Shown here: in pieces, positions 34,287-44,375 of the stretch
Position numbering within the stretch: position 1 is the first letter of the stretch
Layout of the letters: every line of letters begins with the position of its first letter
Notes under the pieces: model-generated
Databases searched by the model: none
What the model saw: the letters and a program-made list of their open reading frames with translations, nothing else
What the model was told of the DNA's origin: nothing
Source of the DNA: Vicinamibacterales bacterium
GTDB lineage: Bacteria > Acidobacteriota > Vicinamibacteria > Vicinamibacterales > SCN-69-37
Length of the DNA: 64,000 bases
Direction of reading: 5' to 3'
NCBI GenBank assembly: GCA_035547155.1
Contig: DASZVJ010000133.1
Span: 135 to 64,134 of the forward strand
Position numbers and translations under genes: made by a program

Positions 34287-36419
34287 ATGGCGAAGCTCTG
34301 GACACCCCGCAGGCTGTTGCAGATCGGCCGAACCGTCGTCGATCGCATGGAGCCGATCGATCCGTTCCCGGCCGACGAGCGGCCCGATCGCAAGCTCGAC
34401 GCCGCCTGGCGTCCCGTCGTCAAGCGCCGGGCGTTCTGCGCCCTCGCGTTTCTGGCGCTGTGGGCCGTCACGCTCGAAGCCCGGCTCGTCATGCTGCAGG
34501 TGGTGCAGCACGATGCGCGGCTCGCGGAGGCGATCGCGCAGCAGGAGTCCGAGATTCGTCCCGAAGCGCCGCGCGGAGACATCCTCGATCGCGAGGGGCG
34601 CCTGATGGCGTACTCCGTCGACGCCGATTCGATCGTGGCGGATCCGTCGCTCATCAAACCGTCGGAGAAGCAGACGACGGCCGACGCGATCTGCGATGCG
34701 CTGCGCGACTGCACGCGCAAGGATCGCGAGGAGCTCGTCCGGACGCTGTCGAGCATCAAGCGGTTCGTCTATGTGCGCCGCTCGCGCACCGTCCTGCCCG
34801 ATCAGGTCGCGCGCGTCGACGCCCTCGGACTGCCCGGCATCCTGCTGCGCACCGAGCCGCGCCGCTACTATCCGTACGCCGAGCTGGCCGCGCACGTCCT
34901 TGGATTCGTCGGCCTCGACAACACGGGGCAGGCCGGCGTCGAGTACTCGTTCGATCAGGACGTGCAGGGCCAGGCGGGCCTCGCGCGCGTGCAGGTCGAC
35001 GCGCACGGCCGGCGCCTGGACACGGTCGTCGAGCGTCCGCCGGTGCCCGGCGCGGCGGTCGAGCTGACCATCGACGTCAACCTGCAGTACATCGCCGAGC
35101 GCGAGCTCAAGGCCGGCGTCGAAGCCAATCGCGCGCGCGGCGGAACGGCGCTCATCATGGATCCGCGGACGGGCGAGATCCTCGCGCTGGCGAACTACCC
35201 GACGTTCAACCCGAACATCGCGAGCCGTTTCAGCGTCGACGCGCTGCGCAATCGCGCGATCGCGGACGTCTACGAGCCGGGATCGACCTTCAAGATGGTG
35301 ACGGCGTCCGCCGCGCTCGAGAACCACATCGTCAAGCCGACGGATCTGATCGACACCAATCCCGGCTACATCGTGATTCCGGGACGCAGCAAGCCGATCT
35401 CCGACGCACATCACGGCATGGGCGTGATGCCGTTCATCGACGTCATCGCGAAGTCGAGCAATGTTGGCGCGGTGAAAGTCGGTCTGCGCACGGGCGCCGA
35501 CCTGATGACGAAGTATGTGCAGCGGTTCGGCTTTGGCCAACAGCTTGCACCCGATCTGCCCGGTGGCAGCCGCGGGCTCTGGAACGCGAACTTGACGCAA
35601 AGCGGGCTCGCGTCGGTGTCGATGGGGTATCAGATCAGCGTCACGCCGTTGCAGATGGTGACGGCGGCCAGCGCGGTCGCCAACGGCGGCACGTTGATGG
35701 AGCCGCACATCGTGCGCGCCGTGATTCGCAACGGCATGCGCGAAGCGATCGCTCCGAAGGCGCTGCACCGTGCGATCGAGCCCGACACCGCCGCCGAGCT
35801 CACGACGATGATGGAAGCCGTCGTCGAGCGTGGCACGGCGACAATGGTGAAGATCGACGGATATTCGATCGCCGGCAAGACCGGAACGGCGCATCGCATC
35901 GTCAACGGCCGCTACTCGGACTCCGAGTACAACGCGTCGTTCGTCGGCTTCATCCCGTCGCGGCGGCCGGTCTACACGATCCTCGTCGTCATCGACACGC
36001 CGCGCGCCGGCTCGTACTACGGTGGCCCGGTCGCGGGGCCCATCTTCAAGCGGATCGCGGAGGCCGCGCTGCAGTACGCCGGCGTGCCGCCGACCGTGAA
36101 TCCCGCACCACCGGTCCTCGTGCCTGCAGCGCCGGAGCCGCTGCCCGCACAGTGGCAGCGTGTGCGCGTGACGTCGCTGCCGGCGCAGCCACAGGCCGCC
36201 GACGGTCCGGCGCTCATGCCGGATCTGCGCGGCGCGAGCGGGCGTGAGGCGATGCGAACACTCGGCGCGATCGGCATGACGCCGCGCATCAGCGGATCGG
36301 GATTCGTCGTCCGGCAGTCACCGGAACCGGGTGTTCCCATCGACGCCGGCGGTCAGGCATTCGTCGAGCTGCGGCGCGACGCAGACCGCAGTTCGATCGC
36401 CGGCGAGGCCAATCCATGA
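34287..36419 (+). CDS. ftsI: Class B penicillin-binding protein FtsI/PBP3 with C-terminal PASTA domain
   Basis: 710 aa. Motifs STFK (YEPGSTFKMVT), SSN (AKSSNVG) and KTGT (IAGKTGTA). C-terminal LMPDLRGASGREAMRTLGAIGMTPRISGSGFVVRQSPEPG is PASTA-like. Confidence 0.9.
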   Translation: MAKLWTPRRLLQIGRTVVDRMEPIDPFPADERPDRKLDAAWRPVVKRRAFCALAFLALWAVTLEARLVMLQVVQHDARLAEAIAQQESEIRPEAPRGDILDREGRLMAYSVDADSIVADPSLIKPSEKQTTADAICDALRDCTRKDREELVRTLSSIKRFVYVRRSRTVLPDQVARVDALGLPGILLRTEPRRYYPYAELAAHVLGFVGLDNTGQAGVEYSFDQDVQGQAGLARVQVDAHGRRLDTVVERPPVPGAAVELTIDVNLQYIAERELKAGVEANRARGGTALIMDPRTGEILALANYPTFNPNIASRFSVDALRNRAIADVYEPGSTFKMVTASAALENHIVKPTDLIDTNPGYIVIPGRSKPISDAHHGMGVMPFIDVIAKSSNVGAVKVGLRTGADLMTKYVQRFGFGQQLAPDLPGGSRGLWNANLTQSGLASVSMGYQISVTPLQMVTAASAVANGGTLMEPHIVRAVIRNGMREAIAPKALHRAIEPDTAAELTTMMEAVVERGTATMVKIDGYSIAGKTGTAHRIVNGRYSDSEYNASFVGFIPSRRPVYTILVVIDTPRAGSYYGGPVAGPIFKRIAEAALQYAGVPPTVNPAPPVLVPAAPEPLPAQWQRVRVTSLPAQPQAADGPALMPDLRGASGREAMRTLGAIGMTPRISGSGFVVRQSPEPGVPIDAGGQAFVELRRDADRSSIAGEANP

Positions 36420-37948
36420 CGCTGGCCGAGCTGGTGGCGTCCGCGCGGACGCTCGCCGCCGATGCGCGCGCGCGGATCGAGCAGGCCGGACGCGGCGACA
36501 CGCCGGTCACCACGGTCGTGCACGACTCACGCGCGGCCTCGCGTGGCGCAGTGTTCGTCGCGATTCCGGGGCACCGCGTCGACGGCGCGCGCTTCGCCGC
36601 CGACGCGATCGCGCGTGGTGCGGTCGCGATCGTGGCGGAGACACCGGCGGCCACCGAGACCGCGGTGCCGTGGTTGACGACACCTGACGCGCGGATCGCA
36701 CTGGCGGAGCTGGCCGCGATCGTCCAGGGACATCCGAGCGAGGAGCTGACGCTCGTCGGCGTCACTGGCACCAACGGGAAGACGACGACGACCTACCTGC
36801 TCGCGTCGGTGTTCGACGCGGCGGGCATGCCGTGCGGCCGCCTCGGCACGGTGACGATGAAGGTGGGGCCGTCGCCAGCCGACGAGCGCGATGCGCTGCA
36901 TACGACGCCGGAAGCGTCGGACGTGCAGCGGCTGCTGCGAGAGATGCGGACGAAAGGCTGTCAGGCCTGCGCGATGGAAGTGTCGTCGCACGCGCTGGCG
37001 CTGCGCCGCGTCGAATATCTGCGGTTCGCGGCGGGCGTCTTCACGAACCTGACGCGCGATCACCTCGATTTCCACGGCGACATGCAGCAGTACTTCGCGG
37101 CGAAGAAGCGCCTGTTCGAGATGCTGCCGTCTGGGGCACCAGCCATCGTCAACGTCGACGATCCGCGCGGCGTCGAGCTTGCCAGCACGCTGCCGCGCGC
37201 CGTGACGTACGCCATCGACCATGCCGCCGACGTGCGTGCGTCGAACATCGAGTACACGCTCGAGGGGCTGGCGTTCGACATGCAGACGCGGGATCGTACG
37301 TTGTCGATCCGATCGCCGCTCATCGGGCGGCCGAACGTCTACAACATCCTTGCGGCCGCCGCGACGGCCATCGCGCTGGACCTGCCGGCGCACGCGATCG
37401 AGCGCGGCATCGCGGCGCTCGAGCACGTGCCTGGACGCTTCCAGATCGTTTCGACCAGCGCCGACGACGTTCGCGTCGTCGTCGACTATGCGCACACCGA
37501 CGACGCGCTGAAGAACCTGCTCGAGACGGCGCGGCCGCTGGCGGCGGGACGGTTGATCACGGTGTTCGGCTGCGGCGGCGATCGCGATCGCAGCAAGCGG
37601 CCGCTGATGGGCGCCGTCGCCGCCCGGCTGAGCGATCTGGTCGTGCTGACCTCGGACAATCCGCGATCGGAAGATCCCGTGCGGATCATCGACGAGATCG
37701 TGCGCGGGCTCGCACCGACGCCGGAGCCCGGCGCACCGAAGCGGCCGCGGACGCCGTATGTGATCGAAGTCGATCGGCGCCGCGCCATCGATCACGCGAT
37801 TCGTGTGGCCAGGCCCGGCGATCTCGTCTTGATTGCCGGCAAGGGCCACGAGACGTATCAAGTCATCGGCGATCGCACGCTGCCCTTCAGCGATGTCGAC
37901 GTCGCTCGCAGCGCGCTCGGTCATCGGCGCGCGGCTTCCAACGTGTGA
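36416..37948 (+). CDS. murE: UDP-MurNAc-L-Ala-D-Glu:meso-DAP ligase MurE
   Basis: GVTGTNGKTTT P-loop, the DNPR motif (TSDNPRSEDP) and AGKGHE. ATGA overlap with ftsI. Confidence 0.95.
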   Translation: MTLAELVASARTLAADARARIEQAGRGDTPVTTVVHDSRAASRGAVFVAIPGHRVDGARFAADAIARGAVAIVAETPAATETAVPWLTTPDARIALAELAAIVQGHPSEELTLVGVTGTNGKTTTTYLLASVFDAAGMPCGRLGTVTMKVGPSPADERDALHTTPEASDVQRLLREMRTKGCQACAMEVSSHALALRRVEYLRFAAGVFTNLTRDHLDFHGDMQQYFAAKKRLFEMLPSGAPAIVNVDDPRGVELASTLPRAVTYAIDHAADVRASNIEYTLEGLAFDMQTRDRTLSIRSPLIGRPNVYNILAAAATAIALDLPAHAIERGIAALEHVPGRFQIVSTSADDVRVVVDYAHTDDALKNLLETARPLAAGRLITVFGCGGDRDRSKRPLMGAVAARLSDLVVLTSDNPRSEDPVRIIDEIVRGLAPTPEPGAPKRPRTPYVIEVDRRRAIDHAIRVARPGDLVLIAGKGHETYQVIGDRTLPFSDVDVARSALGHRRAASNV

Positions 37949-39348
37949 CGGCCGCCGTGAGCATCGTGATCGTGACGGCAGCGCTGGTCGCCGAGGCGAC
38001 CGGAGGACGGATCGTGGCGGGCTCGGCGACGACCGTGTTCGACGGCGTGTCGACGGACACGCGAGCGAGCGCGCCGGGCACGTTGTTCGTCGCGCTGCGC
38101 GGGGAGCGGTTCGACGCACATGCGTTCCTGATGCAGGCGCTGTCCGGAGGCGCGACGGGCCTGCTCGTCGAGACGCCGCCGGCTGACGCCGCCGGCGCGA
38201 CCGTCATCGTCGTGCCGGACACGCTGCGCGCGCTGCAGGCGCTGGCGCGGACGATTCGCCGCGCGTCAGGCGCACGCGTGGTCGCGATCACCGGCAGCGC
38301 CGGCAAGACGACGACGAAGGAAGTGACGGCGAATCTGCTCGAGGCGCGGTATCGCGTGTATCGCAATCGCGGCAATCTCAACAACCACATTGGCCTGCCG
38401 CTGTCGCTGATCGAGCTGCGTCATGGGCCCGACATCGCGGTCGTCGAGCTCGGCATGAATCACGCGGGGGAGATCCGGACGCTCGTCGAGATCGCCGAGC
38501 CGGACGTGCGCGTCTGGACGAATGTCGGCGACGCGCACATCGGTCATTTCGGATCGCGCGAAGCCGTCGCCGACGCGAAGGCGGAGATTCTCGAGCGTGC
38601 GACGGCCGACACGGTCGTCGTCGCCAACGCCGACGATCCGCTCGTCATGGCGCATGTGTCGCGCGCGCGAGTCCGGCGGCTGACGTTCGGCGAATCGGCG
38701 CCCGCGAACGTGCGGGCGACTGGTGTCGTCGATCGCGGGTTCGACGGCGTCGCCGCCGATGTCTCGACGCCCGTTGGTCCGCTGCACCTGAATGTGCCGC
38801 TGCCCGGCCGCGCGCATCTTTCGAACGTGCTCGCCGCGGTGACGGTCGCCGTCGATCTGCACGTCGATCGCCAGGCGATCGAAGATCGTGTGGCCGCGCT
38901 GGCGCCGGTCGCGCGTCGAGGCGCATCGACGCGATTGGTCAACGGCGCGCGCGTGGTCGACGATTCGTACAACGCCAGTCCGGCCGCGACGATGGCCGCG
39001 CTGCGTGCGCTCGCGGCGACGCCGGCGGCCGGCCGGCGCATCGCCGTGCTCGGCGACATGCTCGAGCTGGGAGATTCATCGCGCGAGTTGCATCGCGCGT
39101 GCGGCCGTGCGGCCGCTGACGCGGGCGTCGACGTGCTCGTCGCGATTGGTGGCGACGATGCCGACGCACTTGCTGCAGGCGCGCGCGAGGGTGGGCTCGC
39201 CGGCGATCGCATCCATCGCTTCACCGACAGCCGTCAGGCCGCCGACGCGATCGCCGTGCTGATCGCGCCTGGCGATCTCGTGCTCGTCAAGGGCTCGCGC
39301 GGCACGCGCACGGATCTCGTCGTCGATCGGCTGAAGGAGGTGGCGTAG
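37945..39348 (+). CDS. murF: UDP-MurNAc-tripeptide:D-Ala-D-Ala ligase MurF
   Basis: GTGA overlap with the murE stop. [13 protein letters not shown]-loop, and [11 protein letters not shown]-like ([11 protein letters not shown]). The upstream part of the track ORF (from 36832) is out-of-frame read-through of murE. Confidence 0.9.
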   Translation: MTAAVSIVIVTAALVAEATGGRIVAGSATTVFDGVSTDTRASAPGTLFVALRGERFDAHAFLMQALSGGATGLLVETPPADAAGATVIVVPDTLRALQALARTIRRASGARVVAITGSAGKTTTKEVTANLLEARYRVYRNRGNLNNHIGLPLSLIELRHGPDIAVVELGMNHAGEIRTLVEIAEPDVRVWTNVGDAHIGHFGSREAVADAKAEILERATADTVVVANADDPLVMAHVSRARVRRLTFGESAPANVRATGVVDRGFDGVAADVSTPVGPLHLNVPLPGRAHLSNVLAAVTVAVDLHVDRQAIEDRVAALAPVARRGASTRLVNGARVVDDSYNASPAATMAALRALAATPAAGRRIAVLGDMLELGDSSRELHRACGRAAADAGVDVLVAIGGDDADALAAGAREGGLAGDRIHRFTDSRQAADAIAVLIAPGDLVLVKGSRGTRTDLVVDRLKEVA

Positions 39349-40439
39349 TGCTGTACCACCTTCTACTGCCGTTCGCCGAGCGTGTGCCCGGTCTGGGCGT
39401 CGTGCGCTACATCACGTTTCGCACGGCGGCGGCGAGCCTCACGGCGCTGGCGTTGAGCCTGCTGCTCGGGCCGTGGTTGATTCGCCGGTTGCGTGCGTTC
39501 CAGATCGGACAGGTCGTGCGCCAGGACGGCCCGGCAAGCCACAAGCCGAAGGCCGGCACGCCGACGATGGGCGGCTTGCTGATCCTGACGGCGGTGTTCG
39601 TTCCGACGCTGCTGTGGGCGGATCTGAGCAACGTCTACATCTGGATCGCGGTCATTGCGACGGCGCTCTTCGGGGCGATCGGCTTCGTCGACGACTACCT
39701 GAAGGTTACGCGCCACAGCCATTACGGTCTCTTCGCGCGATACAAGTTCGCCGCGCAGATCGCCGTGGCGCTCGGGGTCGGTATCGCGCTCATGGTGCTC
39801 GCCGGTCACGACCCGCCGCTGTACAACACCCGGCTGATCCCGCCGTTCTTCAAGCGCTGGATTCCCGATCTCGGCATTGGCTATGTCGTGTTCGCGATCC
39901 TCGTGCTCGTCGGCGCGACCAACGCCGTCAATCTGACGGACGGCCTCGACGGTCTGGCGATCAGCACGTTCGCGGTGTCGGCCGCGACGTTCACGGCGCT
40001 CACGTACGTCACCGGCCATCGCGTGTTCGCGGACTACCTGCTGCTCGTGCACTTCGAGCCCGTCGGCGAGCTGACGATCTTCTGTGGCGCGCTCGTCGGC
40101 GCAAGCCTCGGCTTCCTCTGGTGGAACGCGCATCCGGCGGAGATCTTCATGGGTGACGTCGGGTCGCTCGCGCTCGGCGGCGCGCTCGGTACGGTCGCGA
40201 TTCTGATCAAGCAGGAGCTGCTGCTGCCGATCGTCGGCGGCGTGTTCGTGATGGAAGCCGCGTCCGTGATCATCCAGGTCACGTCGTTCAAGCTGACCGG
40301 CCGGCGCGTCTTCAAGATGTCGCCGATCCATCACCACTTCGAGTTGAGCGGCTGGCAGGAGCCGAAGATCATCACGCGCTTCCTGATCCTGTCGATCATC
40401 TTTGCGCTCTTCAGCCTGACCACGCTCAAGTTGAGGTGA
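39348..40439 (+). CDS. mraY: Phospho-MurNAc-pentapeptide translocase MraY
   Basis: 363 aa. Kx[20 protein letters not shown] and [10 protein letters not shown] motifs. Confidence 0.95.
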   Translation: MLYHLLLPFAERVPGLGVVRYITFRTAAASLTALALSLLLGPWLIRRLRAFQIGQVVRQDGPASHKPKAGTPTMGGLLILTAVFVPTLLWADLSNVYIWIAVIATALFGAIGFVDDYLKVTRHSHYGLFARYKFAAQIAVALGVGIALMVLAGHDPPLYNTRLIPPFFKRWIPDLGIGYVVFAILVLVGATNAVNLTDGLDGLAISTFAVSAATFTALTYVTGHRVFADYLLLVHFEPVGELTIFCGALVGASLGFLWWNAHPAEIFMGDVGSLALGGALGTVAILIKQELLLPIVGGVFVMEAASVIIQVTSFKLTGRRVFKMSPIHHHFELSGWQEPKIITRFLILSIIFALFSLTTLKLR

Positions 40440-40443
40440 TGAC

Positions 40444-41832
40444 GTGAGCTTCAGCGTGGCGGGACAACACGTGGTCGTGGTCGGCGCGGCGAGGAGCGGC
40501 ATCGCCGCCGCCGTGCTGCTGCGCGAGCGCCACGCGCGCGTGACGCTCGCCGACTCTCGCACGACGCCGTTCGACGGCGCGGACGACCTGCGCGCGCGCG
40601 GTGTCGCAATCGAGCTCGGGCCGCATCGCGATGTGCTGTTCGCCGATGCCGATCTCGTCGTGCTCAGCCCGGGCGTGCCGCCGGCGCAGCCGGCGTTCGC
40701 CGCCGCGCGGCGCCGCGGCGTGCCGATCATCGGCGAGATCGAGCTCGCGTCGCGCTGGCTGACCGGACGGGTCGTGGCGATCACGGGCACGAAAGGGAAG
40801 TCCACGACGACGACGCTGACGGCGAGGATGCTGCAGGCCGGCGGCGTACGCGTCACGGCCGGCGGAAATCTCGGCACCGCGCTGAGCGCGCAAGTCGCCG
40901 AGTCGACGCCGGACTCGGTGCATGTCGTCGAAGTCAGCAGCTTCCAGCTCGAGACGACGGACCGATTCCACCCGTGGATTGCGGTGCTCGTGAACCTGTC
41001 GCCGGATCACCTCGACCGGCACGCGTCGTTCGACGAGTACGCGAGCGCCAAAGCGCGGATCTTCGCGAACCAGACGACGGCGGATTGGGCGGTCATCAAC
41101 GCCGACGATCCGGCGTCGCTCGAGCTGGCGCGCAGCGCACGTGCGCGCCGCTTCGACTTCGCGCTCGACGCGCCGATCAGCGATGGCGTCACGGTCGACG
41201 CCGGCGAGATCGTCGAGCGCCGCCGCGGTGCGAGCGCCCGTCCGCTGCTGCCCGTGTCCGCCGTGCGGTTGCCCGGACGGCACTTGCTTTCGGACGTCCT
41301 CGCGGCGTCCGCCGTTGCGTGCCTCGCGGGCGTGCCGGCGGCGGCCATGCACCGCGCGGTTGAGACGTTCGAGGGCCTCGAGCACGCGCTGCAGCGCGTC
41401 GCCGAGGTCGACGGGATTCGGTTCATCAACGACTCGAAGGCGACGAACGTCGTGTCTGCCAGGCGCGCGATCGAGAGCGTCGGTGCCGGCGTCGTGCCGA
41501 TCATCGGCGGCCGCTACAAGGGCGGTGACTTTCGCGATCTGCGCGAGGCCGTGCGTCAACACGCGCGCGGCATCGTGGCCATCGGGGAGGCGGCGGAGCT
41601 CGTCGAGCAGGCGCTCGGCGATCTCGTGCCGGTCGCGCGCGCGGCATCGATGCACGACGCCGTACGGCGCGCGTTCGATCTCGCGCCGACGGGCGGCGCC
41701 GTACTGCTCGCGCCGGCGTGCTCGAGCTTCGACATGTTCGCCGACTACGCGGCGCGCGGACGCGCGTTCGCGGAGGAGGCGCGGGCGGTGGCGGCGGACG
41801 TGCACGCGACCGCACCGGAGAAAACGCCGTGA
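40444..41832 (+). CDS. murD: UDP-MurNAc-L-Ala:D-Glu ligase MurD
   Basis: VVVVGAARSGIAAA Rossmann motif and ITGTKGKSTT P-loop. Confidence 0.95.
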   Translation: MSFSVAGQHVVVVGAARSGIAAAVLLRERHARVTLADSRTTPFDGADDLRARGVAIELGPHRDVLFADADLVVLSPGVPPAQPAFAAARRRGVPIIGEIELASRWLTGRVVAITGTKGKSTTTTLTARMLQAGGVRVTAGGNLGTALSAQVAESTPDSVHVVEVSSFQLETTDRFHPWIAVLVNLSPDHLDRHASFDEYASAKARIFANQTTADWAVINADDPASLELARSARARRFDFALDAPISDGVTVDAGEIVERRRGASARPLLPVSAVRLPGRHLLSDVLAASAVACLAGVPAAAMHRAVETFEGLEHALQRVAEVDGIRFINDSKATNVVSARRAIESVGAGVVPIIGGRYKGGDFRDLREAVRQHARGIVAIGEAAELVEQALGDLVPVARAASMHDAVRRAFDLAPTGGAVLLAPACSSFDMFADYAARGRAFAEEARAVAADVHATAPEKTP

Positions 41833-41855
41833 CGTGAGGTCATGGCAAAGGGGTT

Positions 41856-41977
41856 GAGCGGTCAGCAGTCATCAGATCGGATTCGGCGGCGAGGAGCTTG
41901 CCGCTGGGAACACAGGCCCTTCTGGCCTGTGAGGCGGGTGTCCTGGTCCAGGTCCGGCTGATGACTGTTGACCGCTC
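41856..41977 (+). ncRNA. Candidate structured RNA element or MITE-like inverted-repeat element in the murD-ftsW spacer
   Basis: The 20-nt arms GAGCGGTCAGCAGTCATCAG (41856-41875) and CTGATGACTGTTGACCGCTC (41958-41977) pair at 19 Watson-Crick positions plus 1 G-U, and only in the plus-strand RNA. They enclose three internal hairpins, including CACAGGCC-cttct-GGCCTGTG (41911-41931). Confidence 0.4.
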
Positions 41978-42113
41978 ACTCACGGCCGCGCGAGCGGCCC
42001 GGGCGACGTCAGGGTGACATCGCCCATCAGTTTCGGACGCGATCGCGCGGAGCTTTAGAGGCGGGCGATCGCGGTTGCACGGGAACGCAGACGGAAGCCG
42101 AGGTCGCCGGACG

Positions 42114-43262
42114 ATGGCACGCACGCTGAAATCGGACAAGACGCTGTTCCTGCTCACGACGCTGCTCGTCGGCGCCAGCATCGTGATGGTCTACAGCGCA
42201 TCGTCCGTCCAGGCGGCCAACAAGTTCCAGGCGTCGTACTACTTTCTCGCCAAGCAGGTCGTGTGGTCGGTGCTCGGCTTCGTGCTGATGTTCGGCGCGA
42301 TGCAGATCGACTACCACGACTACCGCCGGCCGGCCGTGATCTGGTCGCTCCTCGGCGTGACCGGCGCGCTGCTGCTGGCCGTGTTCTTCGAGCCTCGCAT
42401 CAACGGCACGCAGCGCTGGCTCTCATTCCGTTTGTTCTCGCTGCAACCGTCGGAGCTTGCCAAGCTTTCCGTCATCGTGTTCACGGCGGCCATTCTCGAG
42501 CGGCGCATGCACCGCATCGCGGATCTGGCGTACGCAGTCGCCCCGATCGCGATCGTCACGTTCGGGCTCGCGGGCCTCGTGCTGCTCGAGCCGGACTTCG
42601 GCACGGCCGTGTCGATCGTGCTGATCGCGATCGCCATGCTCTACGCGAGCGGTCTGCGCTATCGCCATCTGCTCACCGCGTTCTTCGCGATTACGCCCGC
42701 CGCGATCGCGCTCGTCGTCCTGAAGGCGTATCGCTTCAAGCGCGTGCTGGCGTTCCTCGATCCCGAAGGCACGAAGCTGGGCGACGGCTTTCAGCTCTAT
42801 CAATCGCTCATCGCGCTCGGATCGGGCGGGATGATCGGGCGCGGGCTCGGCGGCAGCATGCAGAAGCTCTTCTATCTGCCGGAAGCGCACACGGACTTCA
42901 TCTTCTCGATCATCGGTGAGGAGCTCGGCTTGATCGGCACGACGGTCATCCTCGGCGCGTTCGCGCTGCTCGCGTGGCGCGGCCTGCGCGTGGCGCTGCT
43001 CGCGCCCGATCGGTTCGGCTCGCTGCTCGCCGTCGGCATCACGATGATGATCGCCGTCCAGGCGATGTTGAACATCACCGTCGTCACCGGCCTCGCGCCG
43101 ACGAAGGGTCTGCCGCTGCCGTTCGTGAGCAACGGCGGATCGTCGCTGCTCATCAACATGGTCGCGATGGGCGTGCTGCTCAACATCTCGCAGCAGGCGT
43201 CATCGACCGTTGCCGCGACGATGAAGCGGACGGACTGGACCCTCGGCGGGCAGGAGGCATGA
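42114..43262 (+). CDS. ftsW: Peptidoglycan glycosyltransferase FtsW (SEDS family)
   Basis: Start at the ATG at 42114 (MARTLKSDKTLFLLTTLLV…). Motifs LQPSELAK, GSGG…GRGLG and LPFVSNGGSS. Confidence 0.9.
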   Translation: MARTLKSDKTLFLLTTLLVGASIVMVYSASSVQAANKFQASYYFLAKQVVWSVLGFVLMFGAMQIDYHDYRRPAVIWSLLGVTGALLLAVFFEPRINGTQRWLSFRLFSLQPSELAKLSVIVFTAAILERRMHRIADLAYAVAPIAIVTFGLAGLVLLEPDFGTAVSIVLIAIAMLYASGLRYRHLLTAFFAITPAAIALVVLKAYRFKRVLAFLDPEGTKLGDGFQLYQSLIALGSGGMIGRGLGGSMQKLFYLPEAHTDFIFSIIGEELGLIGTTVILGAFALLAWRGLRVALLAPDRFGSLLAVGITMMIAVQAMLNITVVTGLAPTKGLPLPFVSNGGSSLLINMVAMGVLLNISQQASSTVAATMKRTDWTLGGQEA

Positions 43263-43271
43263 GGACGAGGC

Positions 43272-44375
43272 ATGACGCAGGGAGCCTCGGCGCCTCAGCG
43301 GCGCCTCTCGATCGTGATCGCCGGCGGCGGCACCGGCGGACATCTCTATCCGGGCATCGCCGTCGCACGCGAGCTGCTGCGGCAGCACCCGGATGCGGAG
43401 GTGTCGTTCGCGGGGACGTCGCGCGGCCTCGAGGCGCGCGTCGTGCCGCGCGAGGGCTTCGCGCTGGATGTGATTCGCAGCGCGGGATTGAAGGGCAAGT
43501 CGTTGCGTGCGCGCGTGCGCGGCGCTGCGCTGCTGGTGCCGTCGGCGCTCGACGCGTGGCGCGTGCTGTCGCGACGATCGCCGGACGTGGTACTGGGCGT
43601 TGGCGGGTACAGCTCCGGCCCGGTCGTGCTGCTCGCAGCCTTGCGTGGCATTCCGACGATGGTGATCGAGCAGAACGCGGTGCCAGGTTTGACGAACCGC
43701 TGGCTCGCGCGCGTGGTGCGCGCGGCCGCCGTCACGTACGACGAGACACGGCGGTTCTTCGGCACGAGGGGGTTCGTTGCCGGTAATCCGGTTCGTCCCG
43801 AGTTCTTCACGGCGGTTCGCACGTCCCGGTCCGATGCCGGGCCACGGGTGCTGATTCTTGGCGGCTCCCAGGGCGCGCACGTCGTCAACGTGGCCGTTGT
43901 GGAGGCGGCGCCCGAGCTGGCGCGGCGGTGTCCTGGTCTCGAGCTCGTCCATCAGACCGGCGAGCGCGATCTGGCCGTCGTGCGGGAAGGGTATGCGCGT
44001 GCCGGTGTTGCGGCGCGGGCGGAGTCCTTTCTGGACCCGGTGGTCCGGGAAGTGATCGATGCGGACCTGGTGATCTGCCGCGCGGGCGCGACGACGCTGG
44101 CGGAGCTGGCGGCGGCGGGACGTCCGGCGGTGCTCGTGCCCTTCGGCGCGGCGACCGACGATCACCAGCGCCGCAACGCGCGCGTGCTCGCGGACGCCGG
44201 CGCCGCGGTGATCGTCGACGAGCGGGAGTTGTCGGGCGCGCGGCTTGCGGATGTCGTCGCGCCGCTGATCGCCGATCGCGCGCGGCTCGAGGCGATGAGC
44301 GCCGCGATGCGGCGACTGGCGCGCCCCGACGCTGCGGCGCGCATCGTCGAGCGGCTGTTGGAGATCGCGGCGTGA
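43272..44375 (+). CDS. murG: Lipid I:UDP-GlcNAc transferase MurG
   Basis: IAGGGTGGHLYPGIAVA, and VICRAGATTLAELAAAGRPAVLVP. Confidence 0.95.
   Translation: MTQGASAPQRRLSIVIAGGGTGGHLYPGIAVARELLRQHPDAEVSFAGTSRGLEARVVPREGFALDVIRSAGLKGKSLRARVRGAALLVPSALDAWRVLSRRSPDVVLGVGGYSSGPVVLLAALRGIPTMVIEQNAVPGLTNRWLARVVRAAAVTYDETRRFFGTRGFVAGNPVRPEFFTAVRTSRSDAGPRVLILGGSQGAHVVNVAVVEAAPELARRCPGLELVHQTGERDLAVVREGYARAGVAARAESFLDPVVREVIDADLVICRAGATTLAELAAAGRPAVLVPFGAATDDHQRRNARVLADAGAAVIVDERELSGARLADVVAPLIADRARLEAMSAAMRRLARPDAAARIVERLLEIAA

Noticed and set aside
33717-35894. 725-aa minus-strand ORF
   Set aside because: It is antisense to ftsL and ftsI, which have the SxxK/SSN/KTG motifs.
39363-41805. 504-aa and 459-aa minus-strand ORFs
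   Set aside because: They are antisense to mraY and murD.
41940-41965. Possible SRP (4.5S) RNA because of CCUGGUCCAGGUCCGG
   Set aside because: The conserved GGAA tetraloop and the AGCAGCC domain IV context are absent. The overall fold is a multi-branch element, not a long SRP helix.
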